Source: an uncultured Candidatus Rokubacteria bacterium (GTDB lineage: Bacteria > Methylomirabilota > Methylomirabilia > Rokubacteriales > DASRDR01). From it: a stretch of 64,000 nucleotides of DNA. The stretch lies in contig CAWDVE010000010.1 of NCBI GenBank assembly GCA_963805625.1, positions 416,001 to 480,000 of the forward strand. The letters are read 5' to 3'. Below the pieces are notes generated by a model. The model was not told the origin of the DNA. It saw only the letters and a list, made by a program, of their open reading frames with translations, and searched no databases. Position 1 is the stretch's first letter; each line of letters begins with the position of its first letter. Positions 49,799-58,553 of this stretch are shown here, piece after piece. Made by a program: the position numbers and the translations under genes.

Positions 49799-51705
49799 GC
49801 CCGCGCGGCGGTGTCGGCCGCCCTGCCGCTCCCGGGGGCGTCCGGACCGAACTGGAGCTCCCAGAGAGTGCGGTAAAGGCCGTCTCGCCGGAGCAGCTCG
49901 ACGTGCGGACCCTCGTCGACCAGCTGGCCGTGCTGGAGAACCACGACACGATCCGCTCCCTGGATGGTCGACAAGCGATGCGCGATCACCATGCTGGTCC
50001 GTCCGGCGATGAGCTGGTTGATGGCGTCTTGAAGCAAGTGCTCGGTTTCAGGGTCGACGCTCGACGTGGCCTCGTCGAGCACCAGAACGGGGGGATTATA
50101 CAAGAGGGCCCGGGCGACCGAAAGGAGCTGGCGCTGTCCGTGCGAGAGGTTCGCGCCTCGCTCGAGCAGCGGGGCCTCGTAGGCGCCGGCGAGCGACTGG
50201 ATGAACGAGTCCGCGTGAACGCGGCGCGCCACGTCCTCCACCATCGCCCGCGGGAGATCGCTCCCGAGGGCGAGGTTCTCCGCGACGGTGCCCGCGTAGA
50301 GGACGACGTCCTGGAGGACCAGTCCGACGTGCTTTCGCAGGGCGGTCAGGTCCCACTCCCGGACGTCGACGCCTTCGACCAGGACGGCACCCCGCTGCAC
50401 ATCGTACGTTCGCGTGAGGAGCCGGGCGAGGGTCGTCTTCCCCGCCCCGGTGCCGCCGACAACGGCGATCCGCTCGCCCGTCTCGATGCGGAGGGACACG
50501 CCGCGGAGGGCCCAGGGTGACGTCCCGGTCCCGCTCGGTGTGTCACGCGCCGGCCCATCCTCTCCCGCCCCGGGATAGGCAAACCAGACGTCCCGGAGTT
50601 CCAGAGCGGCCACTCGGTGCCTCGATGTCCCCGGTGTCGCGGGTGTCCATGACCGCGTCGTGACGGCCTCGGGGACCGCCGTGCCTCCGACCTCGGGCGG
50701 AGTGTCCAGCAGCGCGAACACCCGCTCGGCCGAGACCGTGGCCGCCTGCATGACCGAGAACTTCGCCGACGCGTCGCGGATGGGGAGGTAGAAGCGCTGG
50801 GTGTACTGCATGAAGGCCACGAGGACGCCGAACGTCAGCGTGCCGTCGAGGATCTCGATCCCGCCCCACCAGAGGAGCGCGGCCACGCCAATCGCGCCCA
50901 CCGCTTCGGCGACGGCATAGAGGGTCGTGTCGAACCCCATGCGCCGGAACTGAGCTCGCCGGTAGCGCTCGCTGAGGGCCCGCAGCTCGCCGGCTCGCGC
51001 CGCTTCACGCCCGAAGAGCTGGATGACCGCCATGCCCGAGATCGTCTCCTGGAGCTCCGCGTTCAGTTGCGCCAGGCGGGCCCGCACGTCCCGATACGCG
51101 CGTCGGACCGGTCTCCTGATGGCCACCGCCACACCGATGAGGATGGGCAGCACGGTGAAGATGATCAAGGTGAGGCGGAGATGCAGGAGCAGCATCACGG
51201 CGATCACCCCGGCGAGCGTGATGACGTCACCCAGGATGGCGACGACGCCGGCCGTGAAGACCTCGCCGATCGCCTCCACGTCGCCCAGGATCCGCGTCAT
51301 GACGCGTCCGACGGGATTGCGATCGAAGAACGCGGCCGGGAGGCGCTGGACATGGGCGAAGAGGGCGGCGCGCAGGTCGTGCACCACACGCTGCCCGGTC
51401 CACGTCGCAAGGTAGATCTGCGCGTAGCGAAGCGCGTACTGGACGGCCAGCGTCAGCGAGAAGAACGCGACGATGCGCGAGAGCCCGGGCCAGTCCCCCT
51501 GGAGGATGTGGGCGTCGATGGCGACCTTGATCAGATACGGCTGGATGAGGTCCACGGCGGCCAGGAGCGGGAAGAGTGCCGCCGAGAGGGCAACCGCCCC
51601 GCGGTACGGCCGCGTGTAGGCCCAGACGCGCCCGGCCAGCCGCGCGTCGTAGACCCGGCCGGCGGTGTCGTCTTCCTCCCACGGGCCGCTCAGGCGCGGG
51701 CTCAT
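49795..51705 (-). CDS. ABC exporter half-transporter (MdlB-like)
   Basis: TM domain plus GGTGAGKTT, LSHGQRQ, LDEATSSVD. Confidence 0.93.
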   Translation of the reverse strand: MSPRLSGPWEEDDTAGRVYDARLAGRVWAYTRPYRGAVALSAALFPLLAAVDLIQPYLIKVAIDAHILQGDWPGLSRIVAFFSLTLAVQYALRYAQIYLATWTGQRVVHDLRAALFAHVQRLPAAFFDRNPVGRVMTRILGDVEAIGEVFTAGVVAILGDVITLAGVIAVMLLLHLRLTLIIFTVLPILIGVAVAIRRPVRRAYRDVRARLAQLNAELQETISGMAVIQLFGREAARAGELRALSERYRRAQFRRMGFDTTLYAVAEAVGAIGVAALLWWGGIEILDGTLTFGVLVAFMQYTQRFYLPIRDASAKFSVMQAATVSAERVFALLDTPPEVGGTAVPEAVTTRSWTPATPGTSRHRVAALELRDVWFAYPGAGEDGPARDTPSGTGTSPWALRGVSLRIETGERIAVVGGTGAGKTTLARLLTRTYDVQRGAVLVEGVDVREWDLTALRKHVGLVLQDVVLYAGTVAENLALGSDLPRAMVEDVARRVHADSFIQSLAGAYEAPLLERGANLSHGQRQLLSVARALLYNPPVLVLDEATSSVDPETEHLLQDAINQLIAGRTSMVIAHRLSTIQGADRVVVLQHGQLVDEGPHVELLRRDGLYRTLWELQFGPDAPGSGRAADTAARA

Positions 51706-51730
51706 GGCCGCTCCGGGAGGTGGAACGACC

Positions 51731-53479
51731 TCATCCGGCGGCCTCGATCGTCGACTCGAGCTGCTGCCTCCTCCACAGGCGCGCGTAGAGCTCCCCGCGG
51801 GCGAGGAGCTCCGCGTGGGTGCCCTCTTCCACGAGCCGCCCCTCGTCGAGGACGACGATGCGATCGAGCATCGCCGCGACACGGAGACGGTGAGTGATGA
51901 CCAGCGTGGTGCGTTCCCGGATGCGGTCGAGGAGGCGCGCGAGGATCACGGCCTCGGTCTCGGCGTCGACGGCGGCGAAGGCGTCGTCGAGAACGAGAAT
52001 CCGCGGGTCGCGCAGGAGCGCACGCGCCAGGGTCGCCCGCTGGCGCTGGCCGCCCGAGAGCGTCAGGCCACGCTCGCCGACCAGCGTGTCCCAGCCGGCC
52101 GGGAACCGTGCCACATCGGGCGAGAGGCTCGCCACTTCCGCGGCGGCCGCCACCCCGGTATCCGCTGCTCCGAAGGCGACGTTCTCGCGGAGCGTCCGCG
52201 AGAACAGGAACGTCTCCTGCGGGACGAACCCGATCGCGGCCCGGAGGTCCCGGAGCGGGATCGTGTGAATCTCGCGACCGTCGATGAAGACCGTGCCGGG
52301 AGGCGGATCCCAGAGCCGCGGCAGCAACGCCGCCAGCGTGGTCTTGCCGGCGCCCGTCGGTCCCACGACCGCGACGGAGGTGCCCGCCGCGATGCGGAGG
52401 CTCACGTCCCGCAGCGCCGCCGGCCGGTCCGGCGCGTACTGAAACGTCAGCCGGCGGATCTCGACCTCTCCGCGCATGGGGCCGCCGAGGGGCGTGGCTT
52501 CGGGGGAATCGAGGATTCCCGTCGGCGTCTCCAGGATCTCGGTCACGCGGCCGAAGGCCGCGAACCCCCGGCGGACGATGGCTAGCACCCAGCCCAGCGC
52601 CATGGTGGGCCACGCGAGGTAGGCGACGTAGCCGGCGAAGGCCACCAGCACGCCCAGGGACAGCCGTCCTTCCAGGACCGCCCGGCCGCCGATCCAGAGG
52701 ACGGCGAGTCCGCCGATGCCGGTCATGATCGAGAGGAGCGGCGAGAAGAGACCGTGCGTCCGCGTCTGGCGAAGGACGCGGGCGAGGTGCTCCTGGTTCA
52801 GCCGGCCGAAGTCCTCGATCTCCCGTGGCGCGAGCGTGTACGCGCGCACCACGGGCATCCCGCTCAGGTTCTCTTGGGTCTTGTTGGCCAGCCGCGCGAG
52901 CTGCTCCTGGACGGCCACGGCCTCGACGTGAGCGCGAGTGTTGTAGCGGCGGGCCACTCCGACGAGAAGCGGGTACGGAGCGAGCGCCGCCAGGGTCAGC
53001 CACGTGTCCATGCGGAGCATGACGACCAGAGTCCCCGCGTAGATGATCACCGTGTTGACGAGGGAGAGGAGGCCGAACCCGACGAGCATCGAGACGCTCT
53101 GGAGGTCGTTGGTCGCGCGCGACATGAGATCCCCGGTTCGGCGGGTCTGGTAGAAGCCGGCCTCGAGCCTGAGGAACGCGGCGAACAGATCCGCGCGGAT
53201 CGCGGTCTCCACCCGCTGCCCCGCCCCGAGCAGGACCAGGCGCGACGCCGTCCGGACCAGCGCCTGGATGAGGGCGAGCAGGACGACCAGGAGGGCGCCG
53301 ATCGCGACCGTCTCGCGGGTCGCCGCCGATCGGCCCGCGCCCCCGAGGGCATCGACGACGTCCTTGGTCACCCACGGGATGAGGAGGGCGCAGGCGTTGG
53401 TCGCAAGCAGGAGGAGGACGCCCGCCGCGTACCGCGCCCGGTACAGGGCGAGATACCGGCCGAGAGTGGACACAGGCAT
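51731..53479 (-). CDS. ABC exporter half-transporter (MdlA-like, degenerate Walker B)
   Basis: GDLMSRATND, GPTGAGKT, LSGGQRQR, LDDAFAAVD; ATG 53479. Confidence 0.93.
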   Translation of the reverse strand: MPVSTLGRYLALYRARYAAGVLLLLATNACALLIPWVTKDVVDALGGAGRSAATRETVAIGALLVVLLALIQALVRTASRLVLLGAGQRVETAIRADLFAAFLRLEAGFYQTRRTGDLMSRATNDLQSVSMLVGFGLLSLVNTVIIYAGTLVVMLRMDTWLTLAALAPYPLLVGVARRYNTRAHVEAVAVQEQLARLANKTQENLSGMPVVRAYTLAPREIEDFGRLNQEHLARVLRQTRTHGLFSPLLSIMTGIGGLAVLWIGGRAVLEGRLSLGVLVAFAGYVAYLAWPTMALGWVLAIVRRGFAAFGRVTEILETPTGILDSPEATPLGGPMRGEVEIRRLTFQYAPDRPAALRDVSLRIAAGTSVAVVGPTGAGKTTLAALLPRLWDPPPGTVFIDGREIHTIPLRDLRAAIGFVPQETFLFSRTLRENVAFGAADTGVAAAAEVASLSPDVARFPAGWDTLVGERGLTLSGGQRQRATLARALLRDPRILVLDDAFAAVDAETEAVILARLLDRIRERTTLVITHRLRVAAMLDRIVVLDEGRLVEEGTHAELLARGELYARLWRRQQLESTIEAAG

Positions 53480-53546
53480 CGTCGCGAGTATACCGGCCGC
53501 CTCGAGGACGAGCAACGCGATGACACCCTGTGATACGCTCCGCAGG

Positions 53547-54344
53547 ATGAGTGTGAGCCCGTTCCTCGCCGTCGCGCTGGACGCGGCACGCGGCGCCGGC
53601 TGGCTGCTCCGCGAGGAGCTCGGCGGCACCCGCCGCATCCGGCACAAACGCTCGGTCATCGATCTCGTCACCGAGATGGACCAGCGCGCCGAGACGTTCA
53701 TCGTGGAGCGTCTCCTCGGGGCATTTCCGGATCACGCCGTCCTCGCCGAGGAGGGCGGGGCGACCGACGGAAGGTCCGAGTACCGCTGGCTGATCGATCC
53801 CCTCGACGGCACCACGAACTACGCCCACGGATTGCCGATCTTCGCCGTCTCGGTCGCGCTCGAGCGGGCTGGCGTGGTCGAGCTGGGCGTTGGCTACGAC
53901 CCCAGCCGAGACGAGTGCTTCGTGGCTGAGCGGGGCCAGGGGGCGACGATGAACGGCGAGGCGATCCGTGTCTCGAGCGTCGACACTCTCGACCAGGCGC
54001 TTCTCGTGACAGGTTTTCCCTACGACATCCGCACCACGGCGGTGACGAACCTGCCCGAGTACGCGGCGCTCTCGGTTCGGGCCCAGGCGGTCCGGCGGCT
54101 CGGCTCGGCCGTGCTCGACCTCTGCTGGGTGGCTTGCGGGCGGCTCGACGGCTACTGGGAGTTCTCGCTCAACCCGTGGGACGTGGCGGCGGGAGGGCTC
54201 ATCGTCGGCGAGGCAGGGGGGCGCGTCACGAGCGTGCACGGCGGGCCGTGGCGACTCGAAGGGCCGGGGATCCTCGCCTCGAACGGCCTCGTTCACGACG
54301 CCGTCCTCTCGGGACTGGGCGCCGCGCAGGCGACCCGGCCGTGA
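53547..54344 (+). CDS. suhB: Inositol monophosphatase family protein
   Basis: DLVTEMD, WLIDPLDGTTNY, RRLGSA, WDVAAG. Confidence 0.92.
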   Translation: MSVSPFLAVALDAARGAGWLLREELGGTRRIRHKRSVIDLVTEMDQRAETFIVERLLGAFPDHAVLAEEGGATDGRSEYRWLIDPLDGTTNYAHGLPIFAVSVALERAGVVELGVGYDPSRDECFVAERGQGATMNGEAIRVSSVDTLDQALLVTGFPYDIRTTAVTNLPEYAALSVRAQAVRRLGSAVLDLCWVACGRLDGYWEFSLNPWDVAAGGLIVGEAGGRVTSVHGGPWRLEGPGILASNGLVHDAVLSGLGAAQATRP

Positions 54345-54928
54345 GGGACGGCCGGGGGGGTGCGCCCGGGAAGGGCGCGGCGGGGCCCCATTCCCTACCC
54401 ATCCACGTTCGCACGATCCGCATCGCCGCCGGCAAGGCCGCCGGCGGCGACGACACCCCGGCCGTCCTTCGGGTCCATGGCAGTCTCGAGGACCGGCGTC
54501 CCCAGGGGGTGCCCGACTGGATCCAGCACGATGGTGACGTCATCCACCACATGGAGGTGACGCTGACCGTCACCTGGCCCGATCTCGTGGTGGCGGCCAT
54601 CGACGGTTCCATGCGCACGTTCCCGCACGCAGGTGTGTGTCCCGACGCGCTCCCGCCGCTCCAGTCGCTGGTGGGGGTCGCGGTCGGGCGCGGGTTCACG
54701 CGGGCGGTGAACGAGCGCATCGGTCGGGAGCGTGGCTGCACTCACGTCGCGGCCCTCATCCTCGCGATGGGCCCGGTCGTACGCCAGGGTGCTGGCGCGG
54801 CCTTCGGGTTCGCGACTCCCGGAGATCCTCACGGCACTCCCTGGTTCGTGAACTCCTGTCAAGCCTGGCGCGAGGACGGACCGCTCCACCGCGCGTGGCG
54901 CGCCGGGGAGATGCTCCGAAAGGACTGA
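54341..54928 (+). CDS. DUF2889-like protein
   Basis: IHVRTI, IHHMEV, CPDA, GCTHV, NSCQAW; GTGA overlap with suhB. Confidence 0.72.
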   Translation: MRDGRGGAPGKGAAGPHSLPIHVRTIRIAAGKAAGGDDTPAVLRVHGSLEDRRPQGVPDWIQHDGDVIHHMEVTLTVTWPDLVVAAIDGSMRTFPHAGVCPDALPPLQSLVGVAVGRGFTRAVNERIGRERGCTHVAALILAMGPVVRQGAGAAFGFATPGDPHGTPWFVNSCQAWREDGPLHRAWRAGEMLRKD

Positions 54929-54945
54929 AGGCCCGCGCGGGCCGC

Positions 54946-55106
54946 GGAGAATCTCCTCACGCCCGGTCAGGATCGGGCGGTGAGGACCCCAGCCGTCCAG
55001 GCCAACATAACCAGGATGCTCGGGGCACACAAGGCGCGCCCTTCGCAGTCGGCCGACTGCGGGCGTCGAGACTCCAGTGATTCCGGGCGCGGACGGGCGG
55101 CTCTCC
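54946..55106. ncRNA. Unassigned highly structured intergenic element
   Basis: Hairpin 54954-54986 plus rod 54992-55098 with an 18-bp perfect palindrome at 55044-55061; no family recognised. Confidence 0.3.
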
Positions 55107-55156
55107 GGAGCTCCGGGAGTCTGGGCCGCTCGTGCCCGGGCTCCCGGGTGTCCTGC

Positions 55157-55642
55157 CTAGTCGGTCCGGCGAAGGGGAATCCGACGGTCGCCCAGGACCA
55201 GGGCGGGCGCGCCGGACCCTGGGTCAGCCTCGATCCGCGCGGCGAGCTGGAGCCAGGCCGCGACGGAGAGCCGGGCCCGGAATCCCCCGCTCTTGACCCG
55301 GCAGTACGGGACGCCGCGCGGGTCCAGGACGAGCGTGCCGGCGTCGAGCGTCTCCTGGCTCCCGTCGCTCAGATGGATCTCGAGGGCGCCCGTCTCGGCA
55401 CCCGTCTCCGCACGCACGACGACGAACGGGGCGTCGTCCACCTGCACCGGAACGCGCAGCGGCCCCGCCTGGAGGTGGTAACCTTCTCCGTCGACCCGGA
55501 GATTCGCATAGAGGTTCCGGAGGACACCCGGGTGGGTGACCTCGACGCCGTCGTGGCGCCATGCGCCCTCGCGGTCGATGCGGAAGACGCCGGCGAGACC
55601 CGACTCCCGGCGGGCGCCGGCCCCGGGCGCGGGCAGGGTCAC
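55157..55642 (-). CDS. DUF1285-like protein
   Basis: FRIDREGAWRHDG, VQVDDAPFVV, YCRVK..ARLS; GTGA overlap with amrB. Confidence 0.7.
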   Translation of the reverse strand: MTLPAPGAGARRESGLAGVFRIDREGAWRHDGVEVTHPGVLRNLYANLRVDGEGYHLQAGPLRVPVQVDDAPFVVVRAETGAETGALEIHLSDGSQETLDAGTLVLDPRGVPYCRVKSGGFRARLSVAAWLQLAARIEADPGSGAPALVLGDRRIPLRRTD

Positions 55643-56895
55643 CGGGACGCCGCCTCCTGCTCGAAGCTCACGCTCGCGAAGGTGACCGCGCCCTCCGGAT
55701 CGGGCCACTGCCCGTAGTGAAGGAGTCGCCCCGCTCCTCCGGGCAGGAGACGTAGGAGGGCATAGATGGGCGACAGGCCGCAGATCCGGTTCCGGTCCCG
55801 CTGCCTGAGCGCCTCCGCGAAGAAGCCTTCGGCGTCCGCCCGGACCACCGGGGCCAGAAGCGCGCGGTCCTCCGCCTGGACGCGCGCCAGCTCCGCGGTG
55901 CCTGCCCGCCACCCGTCTCCGAAGCGCGGGCCGACGTGGGCGAGGTCCGCGCCCGCCACGATGCAGTAGCGGCGCGGGATGACGGCCATCGCGTTCCGGA
56001 GGGCGTCGAGCACCGCGTCGATCTCCGCCTGCCCCGCGGGGCTCTTGCCACGAAGCAGGCACTCGTGCACGAAGCTGGCGAGGAGCGGCACGATCCGTCG
56101 CTCTCCCCCGCCCGCGCGACGCCAGAGATACCGGAGCCAGACCGCCTGAAACTCGATGGAGTGCTCGCCCCGGTGCGCGAGCTCGGCCGCGAAGAGATCG
56201 GCTGGCGCACGACGGGTTACCGCGTCCAGGACCTCTCGGTCGACCTCGAGCGGGCCGAATGGGGTCTCGAAGGCCTTGGCGGTCGCCGCGAAGCTGTGAC
56301 CATCGAGGCCCGCGTGGGCCGTTCCGACGACGATGAAGCAGTCCGCGTCGCGGGCCTCGGCGAGGGCGCGATAGGCCCACGCGTACCCGGGGCCGCCCCG
56401 ATTGAAATCGAGGTGTGGCGCCACGAGGCCATGCACGAGGACGTCGCGCGGCGGACCGATGGGTCCTGGCCCGCGGGGCGGCTCGAAGTGCCCCGCCAGT
56501 GCCGCCGCGAGGCCGTCGGGCTCATCGTCGTAGGAGCGCCCGGCCAGGAACGCCGGCCGGGTGGGCGCGCCGAGGAAGGCCGTCCGCTGGCGCACCCGCT
56601 CGGCGTCGACACGGGGCCCTTCCAGGAACAGATGCTGGTCGAGGACCTCGACCAGCGATTCCAGCTGGCTCCTGAGGACCAGCTCGCCGCACTCGCGCAT
56701 GATCTCCGCCTGCACGTCGACGAGGGATCGGATGCCGTCGAAGAGGGCGAGGATCGGCGCCAAGCTTCGGGGGACGCTCAGCACGGACTGGGTCAGACCG
56801 GTAGGATCGCGCAGGCAGATGACCTCGCGGTCCTCGACCCGCGCCGGGAAGGCCTCGACCGAGCGGAGCTGCGGGGTCTCTGGCGTCTCAGCCAT
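55639..56895 (-). CDS. amrB: AmmeMemoRadiSam protein B (MEMO1 family) with N-terminal winged-helix-like extension
   Basis: RPAFLAGRSY, APHLD, HRGEHSIEFQ, ADLAHVGPRFGD, ICGLSPI. Confidence 0.85.
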   Translation of the reverse strand: MAETPETPQLRSVEAFPARVEDREVICLRDPTGLTQSVLSVPRSLAPILALFDGIRSLVDVQAEIMRECGELVLRSQLESLVEVLDQHLFLEGPRVDAERVRQRTAFLGAPTRPAFLAGRSYDDEPDGLAAALAGHFEPPRGPGPIGPPRDVLVHGLVAPHLDFNRGGPGYAWAYRALAEARDADCFIVVGTAHAGLDGHSFAATAKAFETPFGPLEVDREVLDAVTRRAPADLFAAELAHRGEHSIEFQAVWLRYLWRRAGGGERRIVPLLASFVHECLLRGKSPAGQAEIDAVLDALRNAMAVIPRRYCIVAGADLAHVGPRFGDGWRAGTAELARVQAEDRALLAPVVRADAEGFFAEALRQRDRNRICGLSPIYALLRLLPGGAGRLLHYGQWPDPEGAVTFASVSFEQEAASR

Positions 56896-58120
56896 GGCGT
56901 GAGAGAAACCACACGGCCGCCGCGGCGTAGCAGCGTGCGGCCTCCACGAGCTCGGCGACGGGCACGTGCTCGTCCACCTGGTGCGGGATGAGCCGGTTCC
57001 CCGGTCCGAAGGTCACGATGGGGATGCCGAGGGCCGTGCGGAGGATCGTGCCGTCCGTCGAGCCCGGCACGCCGCCGAAGACCGGCCGGCGTCCGCTCAC
57101 CCGTCGCACCGCCCACTCGAGCGCCTTGACGATCTTCTCGCTGCGTTCGACGCGGGTCGCTGGCCGGGGTGCCTCGACGGGCTCGACGGTGATCCGCGTG
57201 CCCGGGCACCGCCGCTCCGTGTCCCGCGCCAGCTCGTCGATGGCCCCGAGGACGCTTCCGGGCTCGAGCCCCGGCGTCAGGCGCGCGTCCAGGCGAAGCT
57301 CGGCCGTCGCCGGAATCACGTTGTTCTGGGCCACGTGGCCCACCGGGCCCAGGACGACCGTCGGCGTGACGTGCGGCACGCCGAGGAACCGGCTCCGCCG
57401 GACGCCCCGCCGGACCCGGCGCTCGAGCTGTGGCAGGCGGGCGAGGAACTGTCCCGCGGCGGCGATCGGGTTCACGCCGGCGTACGGCATGGCCCCGTGC
57501 GCCATGCGCCCGTGGACGGTGACGCGCGCCCACAGGACCCCCTTCTGCTCGAGGCACAGCTCGTTCTGCTCTGGCTCGCAGATGATAGCCGCGGAGACAG
57601 CGCGCCCGAGCGGCGTTCCGGCGAAATGCTTCGCGCCGGACATCGCGTCCTCCTCGTCCACGAGGGCCGCGACCATGAGCCGCCCGGTGAGCGGCACGCC
57701 GGCGCGGCGCACGGCGGCCGCCGCCACCATCGCCGCCGCCAGGCCACCCTTCATGTCCGCACTCCCCCGCCCGTAGAGCTGCCCGTCCTCGATCAGGCCG
57801 CTCCACGGCGGATGGCGCCAGGCGGCGGGATCGCCCTCGGTCACGACGTCGGTGTGGCCTTCGAGGCAGAGGGTCTCTCCGGGTGAGGCTCCGTCGAGCC
57901 AGCCGACGACGTTCGGGCGCCCCGGCGCGACTTGCTGAACCTCGACGGAGAAGCCCTCGCGGCGGAACCAGGCCTCCACCGTGCGGGCGACCGCCTGCTC
58001 GTTGGCCCCGGGCTCCCCGGGCCGGAAGACGCTCGGGATGCGGACCAGGTCGGTGGTGAGGTCGACGACCTCATGCTCGGTGATCTCACCGAGGACGCGA
58101 TCGACCGGGGAGCGCGACAT
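56888..58120 (-). CDS. M20 metallopeptidase (ArgE/DapE family)
   Basis: EGHTDVV, GRGSADMKGG, DEE, CEP, HQVDE. Confidence 0.92.
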   Translation of the reverse strand: MSRSPVDRVLGEITEHEVVDLTTDLVRIPSVFRPGEPGANEQAVARTVEAWFRREGFSVEVQQVAPGRPNVVGWLDGASPGETLCLEGHTDVVTEGDPAAWRHPPWSGLIEDGQLYGRGSADMKGGLAAAMVAAAAVRRAGVPLTGRLMVAALVDEEDAMSGAKHFAGTPLGRAVSAAIICEPEQNELCLEQKGVLWARVTVHGRMAHGAMPYAGVNPIAAAGQFLARLPQLERRVRRGVRRSRFLGVPHVTPTVVLGPVGHVAQNNVIPATAELRLDARLTPGLEPGSVLGAIDELARDTERRCPGTRITVEPVEAPRPATRVERSEKIVKALEWAVRRVSGRRPVFGGVPGSTDGTILRTALGIPIVTFGPGNRLIPHQVDEHVPVAELVEAARCYAAAAVWFLSRHG

Positions 58121-58161
58121 CTCGCCGGACCCGCGGATGGCGGTCGGGTGGGGCGGAGTGA

Positions 58162-58467
58162 CTACTCTCGCGGGAAGGCCAGGATGACCGAGTCGAGCCG
58201 GAGGACCCGGTACTCCTCACCGTTGACGTAGAAGTAGTGGCCCTCGACCTCTTCGGCAGGCTCCTCGAAGGCGACGACCGCCTCGATCGGCGGCATGTCG
58301 CGGAACGCGTTCGCGCCCTCGTCGAAGCCGTCGCCGCGACCCGCCACGACGCCGTAGCGGATGGGCGAGCCCTTCGGGCAGTAGATGCGTACCCCCGCCG
58401 GCGCCTCCTCGAGGAGCTTCACGAGAATGTTGATCCCGTAGACCTGACAGGGCGGCGAGGTGGCCAT
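58162..58467 (-). CDS. Divergent GroES/Cpn10-fold protein (101 aa)
   Basis: NILVKLLEE...GVVAGRGDG...VVAF...NGEEYRVLRLDSVILA aligns by eye to GroES RVIVK...GEVLAVGNG...IVIF...DGEEYLILRESDILA. Confidence 0.65.
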   Translation of the reverse strand: MATSPPCQVYGINILVKLLEEAPAGVRIYCPKGSPIRYGVVAGRGDGFDEGANAFRDMPPIEAVVAFEEPAEEVEGHYFYVNGEEYRVLRLDSVILAFPRE

Positions 58468-58553
58468 CTGGCTCGGATGATACCACAGGCACTGACGCGA
58501 CGACGGCGGACGCGGGGCCAGCGCGGTCTCGCGCACGCCGCTGATCGCGGGTC

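Noticed and set aside
54961-54986. GGTCAGG suggesting SRP RNA
   Set aside because: Lacks the CCGGAAGGAAGCAGC domain IV signature
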